Origin: Schizochytrium sp. TIO01
Lineage: Eukaryota > Protista > Bigyra: Labyrinthulomycetes
NCBI GenBank assembly: GCA_004764695.1
Contig: SMSO01000036.1
Span: 2,542,001 to 2,606,000, forward strand
DNA: 64,000 nucleotides
Direction: 5' to 3'
The notes under the pieces were generated by a model. The model had not been told where the DNA came from, searched no databases, and was given only the letters and a program-made list of their open reading frames with translations. Position 1 is the stretch's first letter, and each line of letters begins with the position of its first letter. Shown piece by piece: positions 50,208-59,860 of this stretch. Both the position numbers and the translations under genes were made by a program.

Positions 50208-53200
50208 ATGACCACTGTGCTCGTGTTCTCTGGCGTCGGCAGCGTGAGCCGTGAGACTGCCAAGCTCGTTAGCGAGCTGCAAGGATTTGAGGTCGTTGAG
50301 GCCGTTCGCGAGCGTCTTGCCAGCGAGCATGGCATCCAGTTGAACGACATTATCGACCGTGTCCAGGAGGACCCTAACTCCCTCTCTGCCAGTGAGGAGA
50401 TCATCGTGCAGCTCGTTGTGCAGCTCAGCGTTGCCCAGATCACCCAAAGTGCTCTTGGTGACGATGAGGAGGTTGTTGCCGTTGGCCACAGCATTGGTGA
50501 GCTCGCCGCCGCCGCTGTGGCAGGTGCCATCAGCATCTCCGATGCCGTGGACGTTGCCGTGCGTCTCGGCGAGGTGACAAAGACCGCTGAGGGCGGCCTG
50601 TACTACGGTAAGATCCAGGTTGGCGACCAAATTGCCTCCGTGAACCAAATTGAGGAGGACGGCAGCCAGGTCGGCGCTGTCATTGTACTCGGTGGTGCCC
50701 AGGACTCTGCGGACCGTACCAAGGTCCACACCGGTTTCCCGTGGCACGCCCAGGTCTACCGCGAGCAGTCCTGGCAGCCGCTCAAGTCTGCACCTGTATC
50801 CAAGCCTCAGCGTCTGCCTTTGGCACTCTCGCTGCTCGGAGGCTTTGCTGATGCTAGCCAGGTTCTCGGTGACGAGTACTGGACCCAATGGACTTACACC
50901 GGCGTAGACCTCGCCAAGGCCCTGCAGCAGGTTCGCGAGAGGTACCCTAAGATCGCTCGCGTTGTAGAGCTCGGAGCCCACCCGATGTTGCAACCTTCTC
51001 TCCGTGCTGTCTTTGGCAGCGACGTTTCTGTCTCGTCTCAGGCTGACCGTCAGCAAGGTCTCCACCTCAGTGCTTGGAAGGAGATTGCACAGGTCAACAA
51101 GGGTTCTGGACTGCTCGACTGCATCCGCAATGCATTCCCGGTCGCGCTCGATGAAGATGCTACCTGGCTTGAGAGTGGTCTTGGCAGCGCGGACATTGTC
51201 CAGGGTGCCGCTAAGCTCGCCAAGCAGGGTGCCTTCCCGGGCCTCAAGCCGCAGGATCTCTACCGCTTTGTTACCCCGCAGGATCTCGTCGCTAGCTACG
51301 GCGTCCGCTTTGGTGCTGATAGCCAGCAGCAGAAGCAATCCAAGACCAACGCTGTTGCAGGCGACCGTGCCGCTGTGGTGATTCGCGCCATGAGCTGCCT
51401 CCTCCCGGCCAACATTAAGTCTCCTGCGCAACTCGCGGCCTTTACGGCATCCCAGGGCGACGCAGTGCGCTTTGACGCCGGCTTCGATGGTGGCAAGCGC
51501 GCTGCTGCCTTTCTCGGCGACATTACCATCGAGTACGCCAAGTTCGGACTCTCCGCTAGCGAGGTGAAGACCATGGATCCTCAACAGGCCCTTGTGCTCT
51601 CTTGTGTTGATAAGCTGTTGCAAGAGCATGAGATTGAGCAGCTCCCCGCTCGCACCGGTGTATACATTGGTGAGTGGAACTCTGAGTTTGAGGGCGACCG
51701 CTCATCGGTCTTTTACCCCACCGGCACCAACGCTAGTCTCGTCGCAGCTCGCGTGAGTCACGTGTACCGCCTCCAGGGTCCTTGCAAGGTGATCAATTCC
51801 GCTTGTGCGTCCTCGCTCGAGGCCGTGCTCGAGGCTCAGCGTGACGTTGCCTCAGGCAAGGTCGACTTTGCAATTGCAGGTGGTGTGAACTTGCTTTGGG
51901 ACCCGTCATTCTCGCAGTGCATGGCCCAGTCTGGATTCCTTGCGCCCGGAGCTCGTTGCCGCAGCTTTGACGCCTCTGCTGACGGCTACGTGCGCTCTGA
52001 GGGTTGTGGTCTTGTGCTGCTTACCCGCAAGAGCGCCGGTGTGCCTTACTATGCTGAGGTTCTCGGAGGTGCCTCCAACCACAACGGAGGTCGCAGCGCC
52101 AGCATCACTGCGCCGAGCCCAATTGCTCAGGGCGAGTGCATTGCCGAAGCCCTTGAAGACGCTCAGATCGAGGCTAAGGATGTTGACTACGTTGAGTGCC
52201 ACGGCACAGGAACCAAGCTTGGTGACCCAATCGAGTGGAGCGCTCTCGCCGGTCTCATCGGTAAGGACCGCGAGGCGGCTAACCCTTGCTACTTGGCCAG
52301 TGTCAAGAGCAACCTCGGACACCTCGAGGCTGCTGCAGGTGTCGTTGGTCTCATCCACGCGGCACTGATCTTGAACAGGCAGGAGGTGCCCCATATGGCG
52401 AACTTTGTCAAGGCTAACCCTCTTCTCGAGAAGTGCGAGGGTCTTCGTCTTGCTGAGAAGGCTAATGTGCGTCCTTCTAAGCCGCTTCAGGTCGCAGGCG
52501 TGTCATCCTTTGGATTCGGAGGTAGCAACGTTCATGTTGTACTCCGTGCCTCTTCTGGAGACCTGCCGGTTGCGCGTGCTCCCGTCGCTACTGCCGTCGC
52601 CTCTTGTAAGAAGAAGGTCTTCGTTTTTGACCGCACTATGAACCGCGCTCTCCCTGTGGTAGCTGAGAAGCCCCAGCAGGTCCAGGTTCAGCCGCAGCAA
52701 GTCCAAGTGAGCCAGGAGGCTGCCAGCATGAAGCAGTCTGTTGTTGAGCAAACCTTCTGGGAGGCTGTCCGCTCTGTGGCCGGCGAAGTGACTCCTGAGG
52801 CACAGATTCTGCAGAGTGGTGTAGATTCTCTCGGCCTTACCGAGCTCTTCCTTCGCATCGAACAGAAGCTTGCTGTTGAGGCCTCTGACCTTAGCGAGTT
52901 CCTCGGCGGAGGATACACTTGGAATGACCTCTGCGCTCGTATTCTGCAATCTGCCAACATTCCCGTTCCCGCAGCTCCTCAGCAGCCTATTGTGCAGCAG
53001 CAGGCTGCTCCTGTGGTGGCCGCACGGCCCAAGAAACAGGCGGCCCGTGCCCCAGAGTCTGAGCACGAGGATGCATCACCGGAGTTTGCCACCTGGGCTG
53101 TGCCGCGTTTTGACGGTATGATCCGTACGTCTCACGTCGGTTCCCTGCCGCGTGCTCGTGAGCCGGAGCAGCAGTACAAGGAGCTGCACAAGATTATTCA

Positions 53201-56042
53201 GCGTCAGCTTGAGATTGGTGTGACTTACATTAACGATGGCGAGGCAGGCCGCATGGACTACGCGACTGCCGCGCTTACCCGCATGAGCGGCTTTGAGGAG
53301 CAGGAGAACCTTCTTGCCCCTCAGCCGCAGGATCTCTCTGATCTTCCTTGCCTTGCTCGCCGCTTCCTCGTACGGTCCGGCCTCATCACTCTCAACAGCA
53401 AGGTCCGTACTTGCAACCCGCACTGTATCGGAGAGATTGCCTACACCGGCCAGAAGGCTCTTGAGAGGGAGCTGCAGACGGTGCGCCGTGCTTTGCAGCA
53501 ATGCAACGCAGGCCTTCCTGGTCAGGCCTTCTGGACGGCGCCCTCGCCCGGTACCCTGGGTATGTTCTTTGAGAACAGCGCTCAGCAGGACTACCCTTCA
53601 TACGACGACTACGTGGCTGCTATCGCCGATGCTCTCCATGTAGAGTACACAACCATCGTGGCTCATGGCTTCATCCTTCAGATTGACTGCCCAGACTTGG
53701 CTATGTCGCGCCACACGCGCTTCAAGAACCTCGGACTCACCGCATGGAAGCGTCTCATGAACATGCACGTGAAGATGCTCAACCGCGCTCTTGATGGCAT
53801 TCCAGCCAACCGCGTGCGTGTGCACGTTTGCTGGGGTAACTATGCGGGATCTCACCACCGCGATGTTAGTGCCACTGAGGTACTCCCGATCGCCTTCAAG
53901 ATCAAGGCTGGTGGTTTTGGCTTCGAGACCGCTAACCACCGCCATAACTCCGACTTCTTGCTCGTTGGCGATGGCCTTGAGCTCCCGCCCAACGTGGACA
54001 TCTACCCTGGTGTCATTGACACCTGCTCCTCTAGCGTAGAGGATCCTGCTGTTGTTTGCGAACGTATTTGCCGTTATGCCAGGCTTGTTGGACCCGAGCG
54101 TGTTGTAGCCAGCACTGACTGTGGCTTCTCCACCACTGCCGAGACTCAAGGCATCCCTGGTGAAGTTGCCCACATGAAGCTCCGCGCCCTTGTGGCTGGT
54201 GCTCGCATGGCATCCCGTATGTTCAACCCCAAGGTGATTCCTTCCTTCGTGTTGCGCCCTGCCATGCGCCGCTTCTACTTTGCTCAGAGCCCGTCTGAGA
54301 CCGTACAACAGACGCTAATCAAGCTCCGCGACGGTCAGACTGAGACTCGCCTCGTGCTCACCCCGAACAACGATGCCGCACTTGTGGCTTCTCACATCCG
54401 CCTCTTTGTGGATGTCCCTGTTCTCTTCGACAACGATGGCGCCGAAGCTTCTGTTGCCTTTGCTGAGGAGGTTAAGAGCTGCCTTGCCGATGGCAAGGTG
54501 CGCCACTCCCCTGCGTACCCTGTCGAATCCATGCCTGACCTCTCTATGGAAGACATGGTCTTCCCCACTGAGGGTACTCCTCGCGAACAGTACGATGTTG
54601 TCGTTGTTGGTGCTGGTATTGTGGGTCTCTTGGCTGCGAAGCGCCTTTTGGACGCTGGTATTGATGTTGTGCTTCTTGAGAAGGCCGATTTTGTTGGTGG
54701 TATTTGGACGACCTTTGCAAACGCAAAGAGCCAGGTCAACAGTTCTGAGGGATCGTACCGTCTTATTCACGAATACCGCGAAAAGGCTAACCGTGACCAC
54801 AGTACTACTGCCGAGGTCCGCGCTGACATGCTTGCCGTCGCTCGCGAGCTGCGTGACCAGGGTCGCATCTTCACCAAGACTTGCGTGACCTACGTGGACC
54901 GCGATCCTGCCTCCAAGTACGTTGTTGACATCGAGGGCGGTATTCGCATCACCTCCACTGGTGTCATTCTTGCTATCAACGACCGTGTCGGTACCCCGCG
55001 TCCCATCATGTGGAAGAACCACGAGAACTACAAGGGCATGATTGTGGATGGCTTTGGTGGCGATGCCGATGCTAAGAACGTTGACTGGGTGGGCAAGCGT
55101 GTTGTTGTTGTTGGTATGGGTGCCTTCGCCGTGGAGAACGCACGTACCGCTCTTGAGCACGGTGCCAAGAACGTTGTCGTTGTTGCCCGTCGCCATGGTA
55201 CCATCTGCCCCAAGTACATTGACTACATCAACTTTGTACACCGTGCCAGTGTCGATGACATTGGTGAGGAAATGAACGCCACTTTCAACAGCAAGAACAT
55301 GTTCTTGTGGCGCAAGCTCTACGAGGCAAGTAACTCTACTCAGCCTGAGACCTGGATGGGCAAGATCAAGCACACTGGTCACACCATCTCTGTGTCTGAT
55401 GTGTGGTTCATTGGCCACTTCCTCGGCAAGCTCGAGACCCGTCTCGGCGAGATCGACCATTTTGTGGAGAACGGAGTGGTTCTCTGTGGCGGCGATCCCG
55501 ACGAAGTGATTGAGGCTGATATTGTGGTGCGCTGCACCGGCTTCGAGCGTAACTCCTCCCTCGTGCCCCAGCTGTCCCCTTACCGTACCATGAACGACAT
55601 CAACTACTTGGACAAGGACCTTATGTACCTCGCTGACGCCTTTATTGATGACGATGCATTCAACTCCTTCTTTGGTTCCAGTGTGCTCGAGATGTCCAAG
55701 TTCTTCATCATGGTGTACCTGCACTTCTTCAAGGGCAACGATGCCAAGGTTCTTGAGGACCATGCTGATACTGACCTGGCCCCCAAGGTCGATGTCCAGT
55801 CTCGTAACTGGACTGATTACATCCGTGGTGCAGAGTTCCTCGTTCAGAATGTGCCCGCTATTCGTGAGCAGGCCAACGAGCTCCTCCGCAGCCGTCGTGA
55901 CGACTTTGTCAACGCCCAGTCTGTTCAGGATTACGTGAACGCCAACAAGCGTGAGTGGAGCGAGCTTCATGAGCTTCTGACTCAGGGCATGATTGGTGAG
56001 GAGTCTGGCATCCAGCTGCCCTACCCTGACTGGAAGTTCTAA
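50208..56042 (+). CDS. Hybrid type I PKS: AT-ACP-KS-ACP-MetE II-like domain-flavin monooxygenase
   Basis: AT 'GHSIGE' (~50484); ACP 'GLGSAD' (~51177); KS 'MDPQQ', 'NSACASS', 'HGTGTKLGDPIE', 'KSNLGHLE', 'SSFGFGGSNVH' (~51370-52550); ACP 'GVDSL' (~52818). MetE-II/CIMS-like 'TSHVGSLPR', 'HVCWGN', 'FETAN', 'STDCGFST' (~53120-54230). FAD/NADPH motifs 'GAGIVG', 'GGIW', 'GMGAFA', 'CTGF' (~54590-56040). Confidence 0.9.
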   Translation: MTTVLVFSGVGSVSRETAKLVSELQGFEVVEAVRERLASEHGIQLNDIIDRVQEDPNSLSASEEIIVQLVVQLSVAQITQSALGDDEEVVAVGHSIGELAAAAVAGAISISDAVDVAVRLGEVTKTAEGGLYYGKIQVGDQIASVNQIEEDGSQVGAVIVLGGAQDSADRTKVHTGFPWHAQVYREQSWQPLKSAPVSKPQRLPLALSLLGGFADASQVLGDEYWTQWTYTGVDLAKALQQVRERYPKIARVVELGAHPMLQPSLRAVFGSDVSVSSQADRQQGLHLSAWKEIAQVNKGSGLLDCIRNAFPVALDEDATWLESGLGSADIVQGAAKLAKQGAFPGLKPQDLYRFVTPQDLVASYGVRFGADSQQQKQSKTNAVAGDRAAVVIRAMSCLLPANIKSPAQLAAFTASQGDAVRFDAGFDGGKRAAAFLGDITIEYAKFGLSASEVKTMDPQQALVLSCVDKLLQEHEIEQLPARTGVYIGEWNSEFEGDRSSVFYPTGTNASLVAARVSHVYRLQGPCKVINSACASSLEAVLEAQRDVASGKVDFAIAGGVNLLWDPSFSQCMAQSGFLAPGARCRSFDASADGYVRSEGCGLVLLTRKSAGVPYYAEVLGGASNHNGGRSASITAPSPIAQGECIAEALEDAQIEAKDVDYVECHGTGTKLGDPIEWSALAGLIGKDREAANPCYLASVKSNLGHLEAAAGVVGLIHAALILNRQEVPHMANFVKANPLLEKCEGLRLAEKANVRPSKPLQVAGVSSFGFGGSNVHVVLRASSGDLPVARAPVATAVASCKKKVFVFDRTMNRALPVVAEKPQQVQVQPQQVQVSQEAASMKQSVVEQTFWEAVRSVAGEVTPEAQILQSGVDSLGLTELFLRIEQKLAVEASDLSEFLGGGYTWNDLCARILQSANIPVPAAPQQPIVQQQAAPVVAARPKKQAARAPESEHEDASPEFATWAVPRFDGMIRTSHVGSLPRAREPEQQYKELHKIIQRQLEIGVTYINDGEAGRMDYATAALTRMSGFEEQENLLAPQPQDLSDLPCLARRFLVRSGLITLNSKVRTCNPHCIGEIAYTGQKALERELQTVRRALQQCNAGLPGQAFWTAPSPGTLGMFFENSAQQDYPSYDDYVAAIADALHVEYTTIVAHGFILQIDCPDLAMSRHTRFKNLGLTAWKRLMNMHVKMLNRALDGIPANRVRVHVCWGNYAGSHHRDVSATEVLPIAFKIKAGGFGFETANHRHNSDFLLVGDGLELPPNVDIYPGVIDTCSSSVEDPAVVCERICRYARLVGPERVVASTDCGFSTTAETQGIPGEVAHMKLRALVAGARMASRMFNPKVIPSFVLRPAMRRFYFAQSPSETVQQTLIKLRDGQTETRLVLTPNNDAALVASHIRLFVDVPVLFDNDGAEASVAFAEEVKSCLADGKVRHSPAYPVESMPDLSMEDMVFPTEGTPREQYDVVVVGAGIVGLLAAKRLLDAGIDVVLLEKADFVGGIWTTFANAKSQVNSSEGSYRLIHEYREKANRDHSTTAEVRADMLAVARELRDQGRIFTKTCVTYVDRDPASKYVVDIEGGIRITSTGVILAINDRVGTPRPIMWKNHENYKGMIVDGFGGDADAKNVDWVGKRVVVVGMGAFAVENARTALEHGAKNVVVVARRHGTICPKYIDYINFVHRASVDDIGEEMNATFNSKNMFLWRKLYEASNSTQPETWMGKIKHTGHTISVSDVWFIGHFLGKLETRLGEIDHFVENGVVLCGGDPDEVIEADIVVRCTGFERNSSLVPQLSPYRTMNDINYLDKDLMYLADAFIDDDAFNSFFGSSVLEMSKFFIMVYLHFFKGNDAKVLEDHADTDLAPKVDVQSRNWTDYIRGAEFLVQNVPAIREQANELLRSRRDDFVNAQSVQDYVNANKREWSELHELLTQGMIGEESGIQLPYPDWKF

Positions 56043-56077
56043 GAAGTCTGTACCTATGAAAACGTTAACCACCAAAT

Positions 56078-56972
56078 GGTAGTGACTATTCAGTATAAAT
56101 GATATATTACAATTATTTAGCTCTTTGTTAAGAAGTCAAGGTTAGATAAAGAAAATGGCATGGCCAAGGAACCACCAAGCTTCAAACGATTCAATACAGT
56201 AAAATACTTCAAACAGATGTTTGGAGCCTTAGCATGTGTGTGCCCTTTGGGTGTTCCTCGGAGGCAAGCGCATATTCGCAAGTGACGATGTTGAACCCAT
56301 TTATGGCTGTGGTTGCAGCGGCCACAAACAACGTAACACTCCAATAGCGTTATCAACGTCAGAGTGTCATCCGCCCCTCCCCCCCCCAAAAAAAATTAAA
56401 ATGCCAAATTGACGATCTCCAGCGCGCCTATCCAGACGCACCTGTCGTATAAAAAGACATCGGTAGCGGGGTCGACTTCAAATGGCCGGGCTTGTGCGCC
56501 CTAGTGGACGACCGAGATTCACCACAAGCTTGCACTTTGGCTCTATGATAGTATCGTGTTATTCCTAAACCTCCCAGATGGTCAAGAAGTTGGCAGGACG
56601 GATTAAATTTAGGCAGCTCGAATGATGTGTCGCTGGCTTCCTTCCGCCAAGCACTCATTCATAAAGCTGGGCTTTCTCCCTGGGTGTAAACTTGTTATTT
56701 GCCGAGAAGATTATACTTCAAAGCATGGAATAAATGTGGGTACCATCCTCGAACAGGAGCACCCAAGGTTTTCAAATGCCCCCTCCTCACCCCGCCAAAA
56801 AAAAAAGCAAATGCGTAGCCGATCGTGACATCCGCCAGAGGCTTCCTCCTGTGCAATCTATTCTCCAAGAGCGTTATTCTAAATTGTCTTTAAGTCATGG
56901 GTTTGTTTCCAACCCGCGCATGGGCCTTAGCCCTACACGTCGTCATCGTAGGAAATGTAAGCTTTATATAGG
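56078..56972 (+). mobile_element. Internally deleted IS607/Fanzor2 relic (non-autonomous)
   Basis: 56078-56511 is colinear with 62534-63004 (left end plus TnpA); 56411-56511 matches 62904-63004 at about 80% by manual count. It then jumps to TnpB/Fanzor C-terminal remnants in shifting frames: 'EIHHKLALWL', 'SFRQALIHKA', 'PGCKLVICREDYTSK', 'KVFKCP', 'CVADRDI'. Boundaries are approximate. Confidence 0.85.
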
Positions 56973-57104
56973 TAAAACTCTAGGTAATACGATTGCAAAG
57001 AATATTTTAGTATATTTACTGTGATTGATATTACCATCTTGTAACCGACTTATGATGATATATATTTTATTCTTTGCAACTTTTGCTCTTTCTCTATCTT
57101 TCTC

Positions 57105-57191
57105 TTTTGCATTTCCAGAGGTTCTCAGGCTGCATTCTTTTATTATAGACTATGTCTTTCTTTTTTGCATTCCAGTGGTTCTCAGGCTGCA
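57105..57191. repeat. Short imperfect direct repeat, 2 x ~30 bp
   Basis: TTTTGCATTTCCAGAGGTTCTCAGGCTGCA (57105-57134) and TTTTGCATTCCAGTGGTTCTCAGGCTGCA (57163-57191). Confidence 0.85.
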
Positions 57192-57846
57192 GTTTCTTTT
57201 TTCCCTCATATACTAAGTATGGTTTAAACAAGATTTTGAAATGACTTTAAACACTTGATCTCACCAAACGTCACGACAAACACCAAAAGAACTTTTGCTT
57301 TCTATATAAAAATATAATATATATAGCACAATCATCATGGAACCTCGAACCTGCCATCCCACAACCAGCATTATTTTGCGCAATTCTTGGTACAAAGAGT
57401 TGATAAGAATGTGGGCTGTATCGCTCACTTCCTTCGTTAGACCCTGGTGAAACAACTTTTGTTTACTTTGCTTTATTTTCTCTTTGTGTTCCTCTATTTT
57501 CTTTCATTTCTAAACATGTGTAAAATTTAAGCTACCCAGAAGGATGAGATATTTTGGGTAATTTCATCCATGATACGAAACTCTCGTTCATATCGGATGA
57601 GCTTGGGTTTGTTTAGAATTCGGAAAAAAAATAAAAATATAAAAAATCATCGCATTGCAAGAACAGCGAGGGGAGAAGGAAGAAAGGAAGAAATAATGAA
57701 AAGATAATGAAATTCTAAGCCTAAGTCACCGTCCACATAGTCCTACAAGGAAGCTTCCGTTACATACATGTTCTAGCACGAAGCCTCGAGCTATTTAAAG
57801 AGATAGGAAGGATGGTGTTGGATGAAGAGGTCTTTACTGTACTTGG

Positions 57847-58800
57847 TTAGTTGAACTCAACAATTTCAATCTGTTCGCCACTCTCAGCAGGCTCGGCGTC
57901 TTCAGCTGTTTCTTGGCCCCTCTTTGACACCGAAGGTACCATTCGACGCAACATGGCCCTGAACTGCCCCTTGGACCCCAGGTCGATAATCACCTTGGGT
58001 CTCTCGTCGTCCACAATCGTCTGCAAGATAGTTTCCCACTGCACCGTACATTCTACCTGCTTCGCAAGCGTGTTAAGCACGTCGTCTTCCTCTGTATACA
58101 GCATTCCTGTAGCATTGGAGAACACATCGACATTCTTCCTGCCTTTTGCAGGTTTTACCTTGCCCTTGAGCTGTCGAATCGCCTCTGCTCCGTCCTGCAT
58201 GAGCTCAGTATGAAATGCACCCACGAGTTCCTCTCTAGACTGAGCTTTCTCAGCAATTTCTGGTACCCATTTCACGCCTCGCATCGCCTCCGCGGGGCCA
58301 GCAGCGACACGACATCCTGGAAAGAGTCTAATCGCGATGCTGACGCCGTTTTGCTGTTCAATTTTGGTCTCATCCTGCACGCCAAGCAGCGTGACCATAG
58401 ATCCTGGCCGTGCTTCACATGCCTTTTGCATAGCCTCTGCACGAGCTTTGAGCACCTTGAGGGTGTCGCGAAGACTAAGTCTGCCGGCACCTGCGAGTGC
58501 AGGGACCTCACCAAGTGAAAAGCCTGCGAAGTAGGTGGCCTCTGAACCAGTTAGAAGCTCTCCTTGCTCGCGACGGAGTCGATCCAGGAGGTCCAAAAGT
58601 CTCACACCGAGAGCGAGCTGCCCATAGTAGGTGCTTTGTGCAAGCTGCGCAGCTGTGAGCCGTGTGATGTCAACCTTGAGCTCGTCAAGAGCGCATGAGG
58701 CAACACGGCTTGAGGTGAGAGGAGCAGCGGCATCGCTTGCGAGACGTGTGCCTTGGCCAGGCAGCAGGACATAAACCACGCGGCCGTCTGAGGAAGACAT
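57847..58800 (-). CDS. Stand-alone acyltransferase, malonyl-CoA:ACP transacylase (FabD/trans-AT)-like
   Basis: 'LLPGQG', catalytic 'GFSLGE', malonyl-binding Arg in 'LKARAEAMQ', 'GAFHTELM' and 'LAKQVECTVQWE'. No obvious N-terminal targeting extension. Confidence 0.88.
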   Translation of the reverse strand: MSSSDGRVVYVLLPGQGTRLASDAAAPLTSSRVASCALDELKVDITRLTAAQLAQSTYYGQLALGVRLLDLLDRLRREQGELLTGSEATYFAGFSLGEVPALAGAGRLSLRDTLKVLKARAEAMQKACEARPGSMVTLLGVQDETKIEQQNGVSIAIRLFPGCRVAAGPAEAMRGVKWVPEIAEKAQSREELVGAFHTELMQDGAEAIRQLKGKVKPAKGRKNVDVFSNATGMLYTEEDDVLNTLAKQVECTVQWETILQTIVDDERPKVIIDLGSKGQFRAMLRRMVPSVSKRGQETAEDAEPAESGEQIEIVEFN

Positions 58801-59441
58801 CGTTTACCTACTCGTGGCCTAGGTGCCCTCGCTTTTTGCAGGAGGCAGCACTAAAACCTAGTTCGTTTTGGGTTTGGACGCGAAATTGAAACCTGGTGGT
58901 GAAAATGTATCTTTGAAAAATAATGATAATAGTACTCTAGAGGCAACGGTAGAATCACAACTCCTTAAAATCATTTAACTTGAGCCAAACGATTCATTCA
59001 TGACTCTAGCCAAAGCATCTGGGTATAGCTGTAGGCATCAGGTTCTTTAAACCACCTTATAGTAGTAGAAACTTATTACCTCTATAATGCTTCATGATAG
59101 ACGAACATCATTTTTTGTGTATTTCCTCCCTTCTTTTATTGGTACACAAGAACAATTGTGCATGCAAATGTTTGGTTACATGTACTTACCAAAAACATGC
59201 CCTTTATTAAAAATTTAAAGTACTGGGAATACTTTGGATTAGAAAAGTGACGCATTTTAACTTTCTGGTCCATCGATTTTCATCAGTGCTACTAAAGATA
59301 ATGGACTTCTTCCTCACTGAATTGATGAAGTATTTCAAGATTCGATTGTATCTTGACCCCCTTTGTACTGAACACTCGATACTATCGAACATAGGTTCAT
59401 AGGACTGTGCAAGAGTATAAGAAGAGAAATAAAATCCCAAC

Positions 59442-59442
<1 letters not shown>

Positions 59443-59472
<30 letters not shown>

Positions 59473-59473
59473 C
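59443..59473. repeat. (CTT)n microsatellite
   Basis: Seen directly. Confidence 0.95.
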
Positions 59474-59860
59474 GTTTAATTACATATGAAAATGGCCATG
59501 TGGTGTTGACCTGAACCATATTATCCTTCCTGTATGATATCCTTCGTCACAGGATAATGGATTGTTATAGGTAACGTTGAACATTTGAACGCTGAATTTG
59601 ATTGAATTTTGTGTCTGTTATTATTATTATTGGTTTGTTCTTTATAACAATAAAAAGTGAATATCGTACGGAACTGAGTCTAGCATGACCACTTCGTCAA
59701 TTTAGTCTCATCACTGTGATCCTCTTTTCAAAACGAGAAGGATATGTGTAGCATGTACTGACTAAGTAACTATGTGGCTGCCAATATCACATCGTGAAAT
59801 CACCTCCGTATGCGTTAGCTTTTGGAGCTCCAGAGTATAGCAAGCTATGACCAAGGGTAG

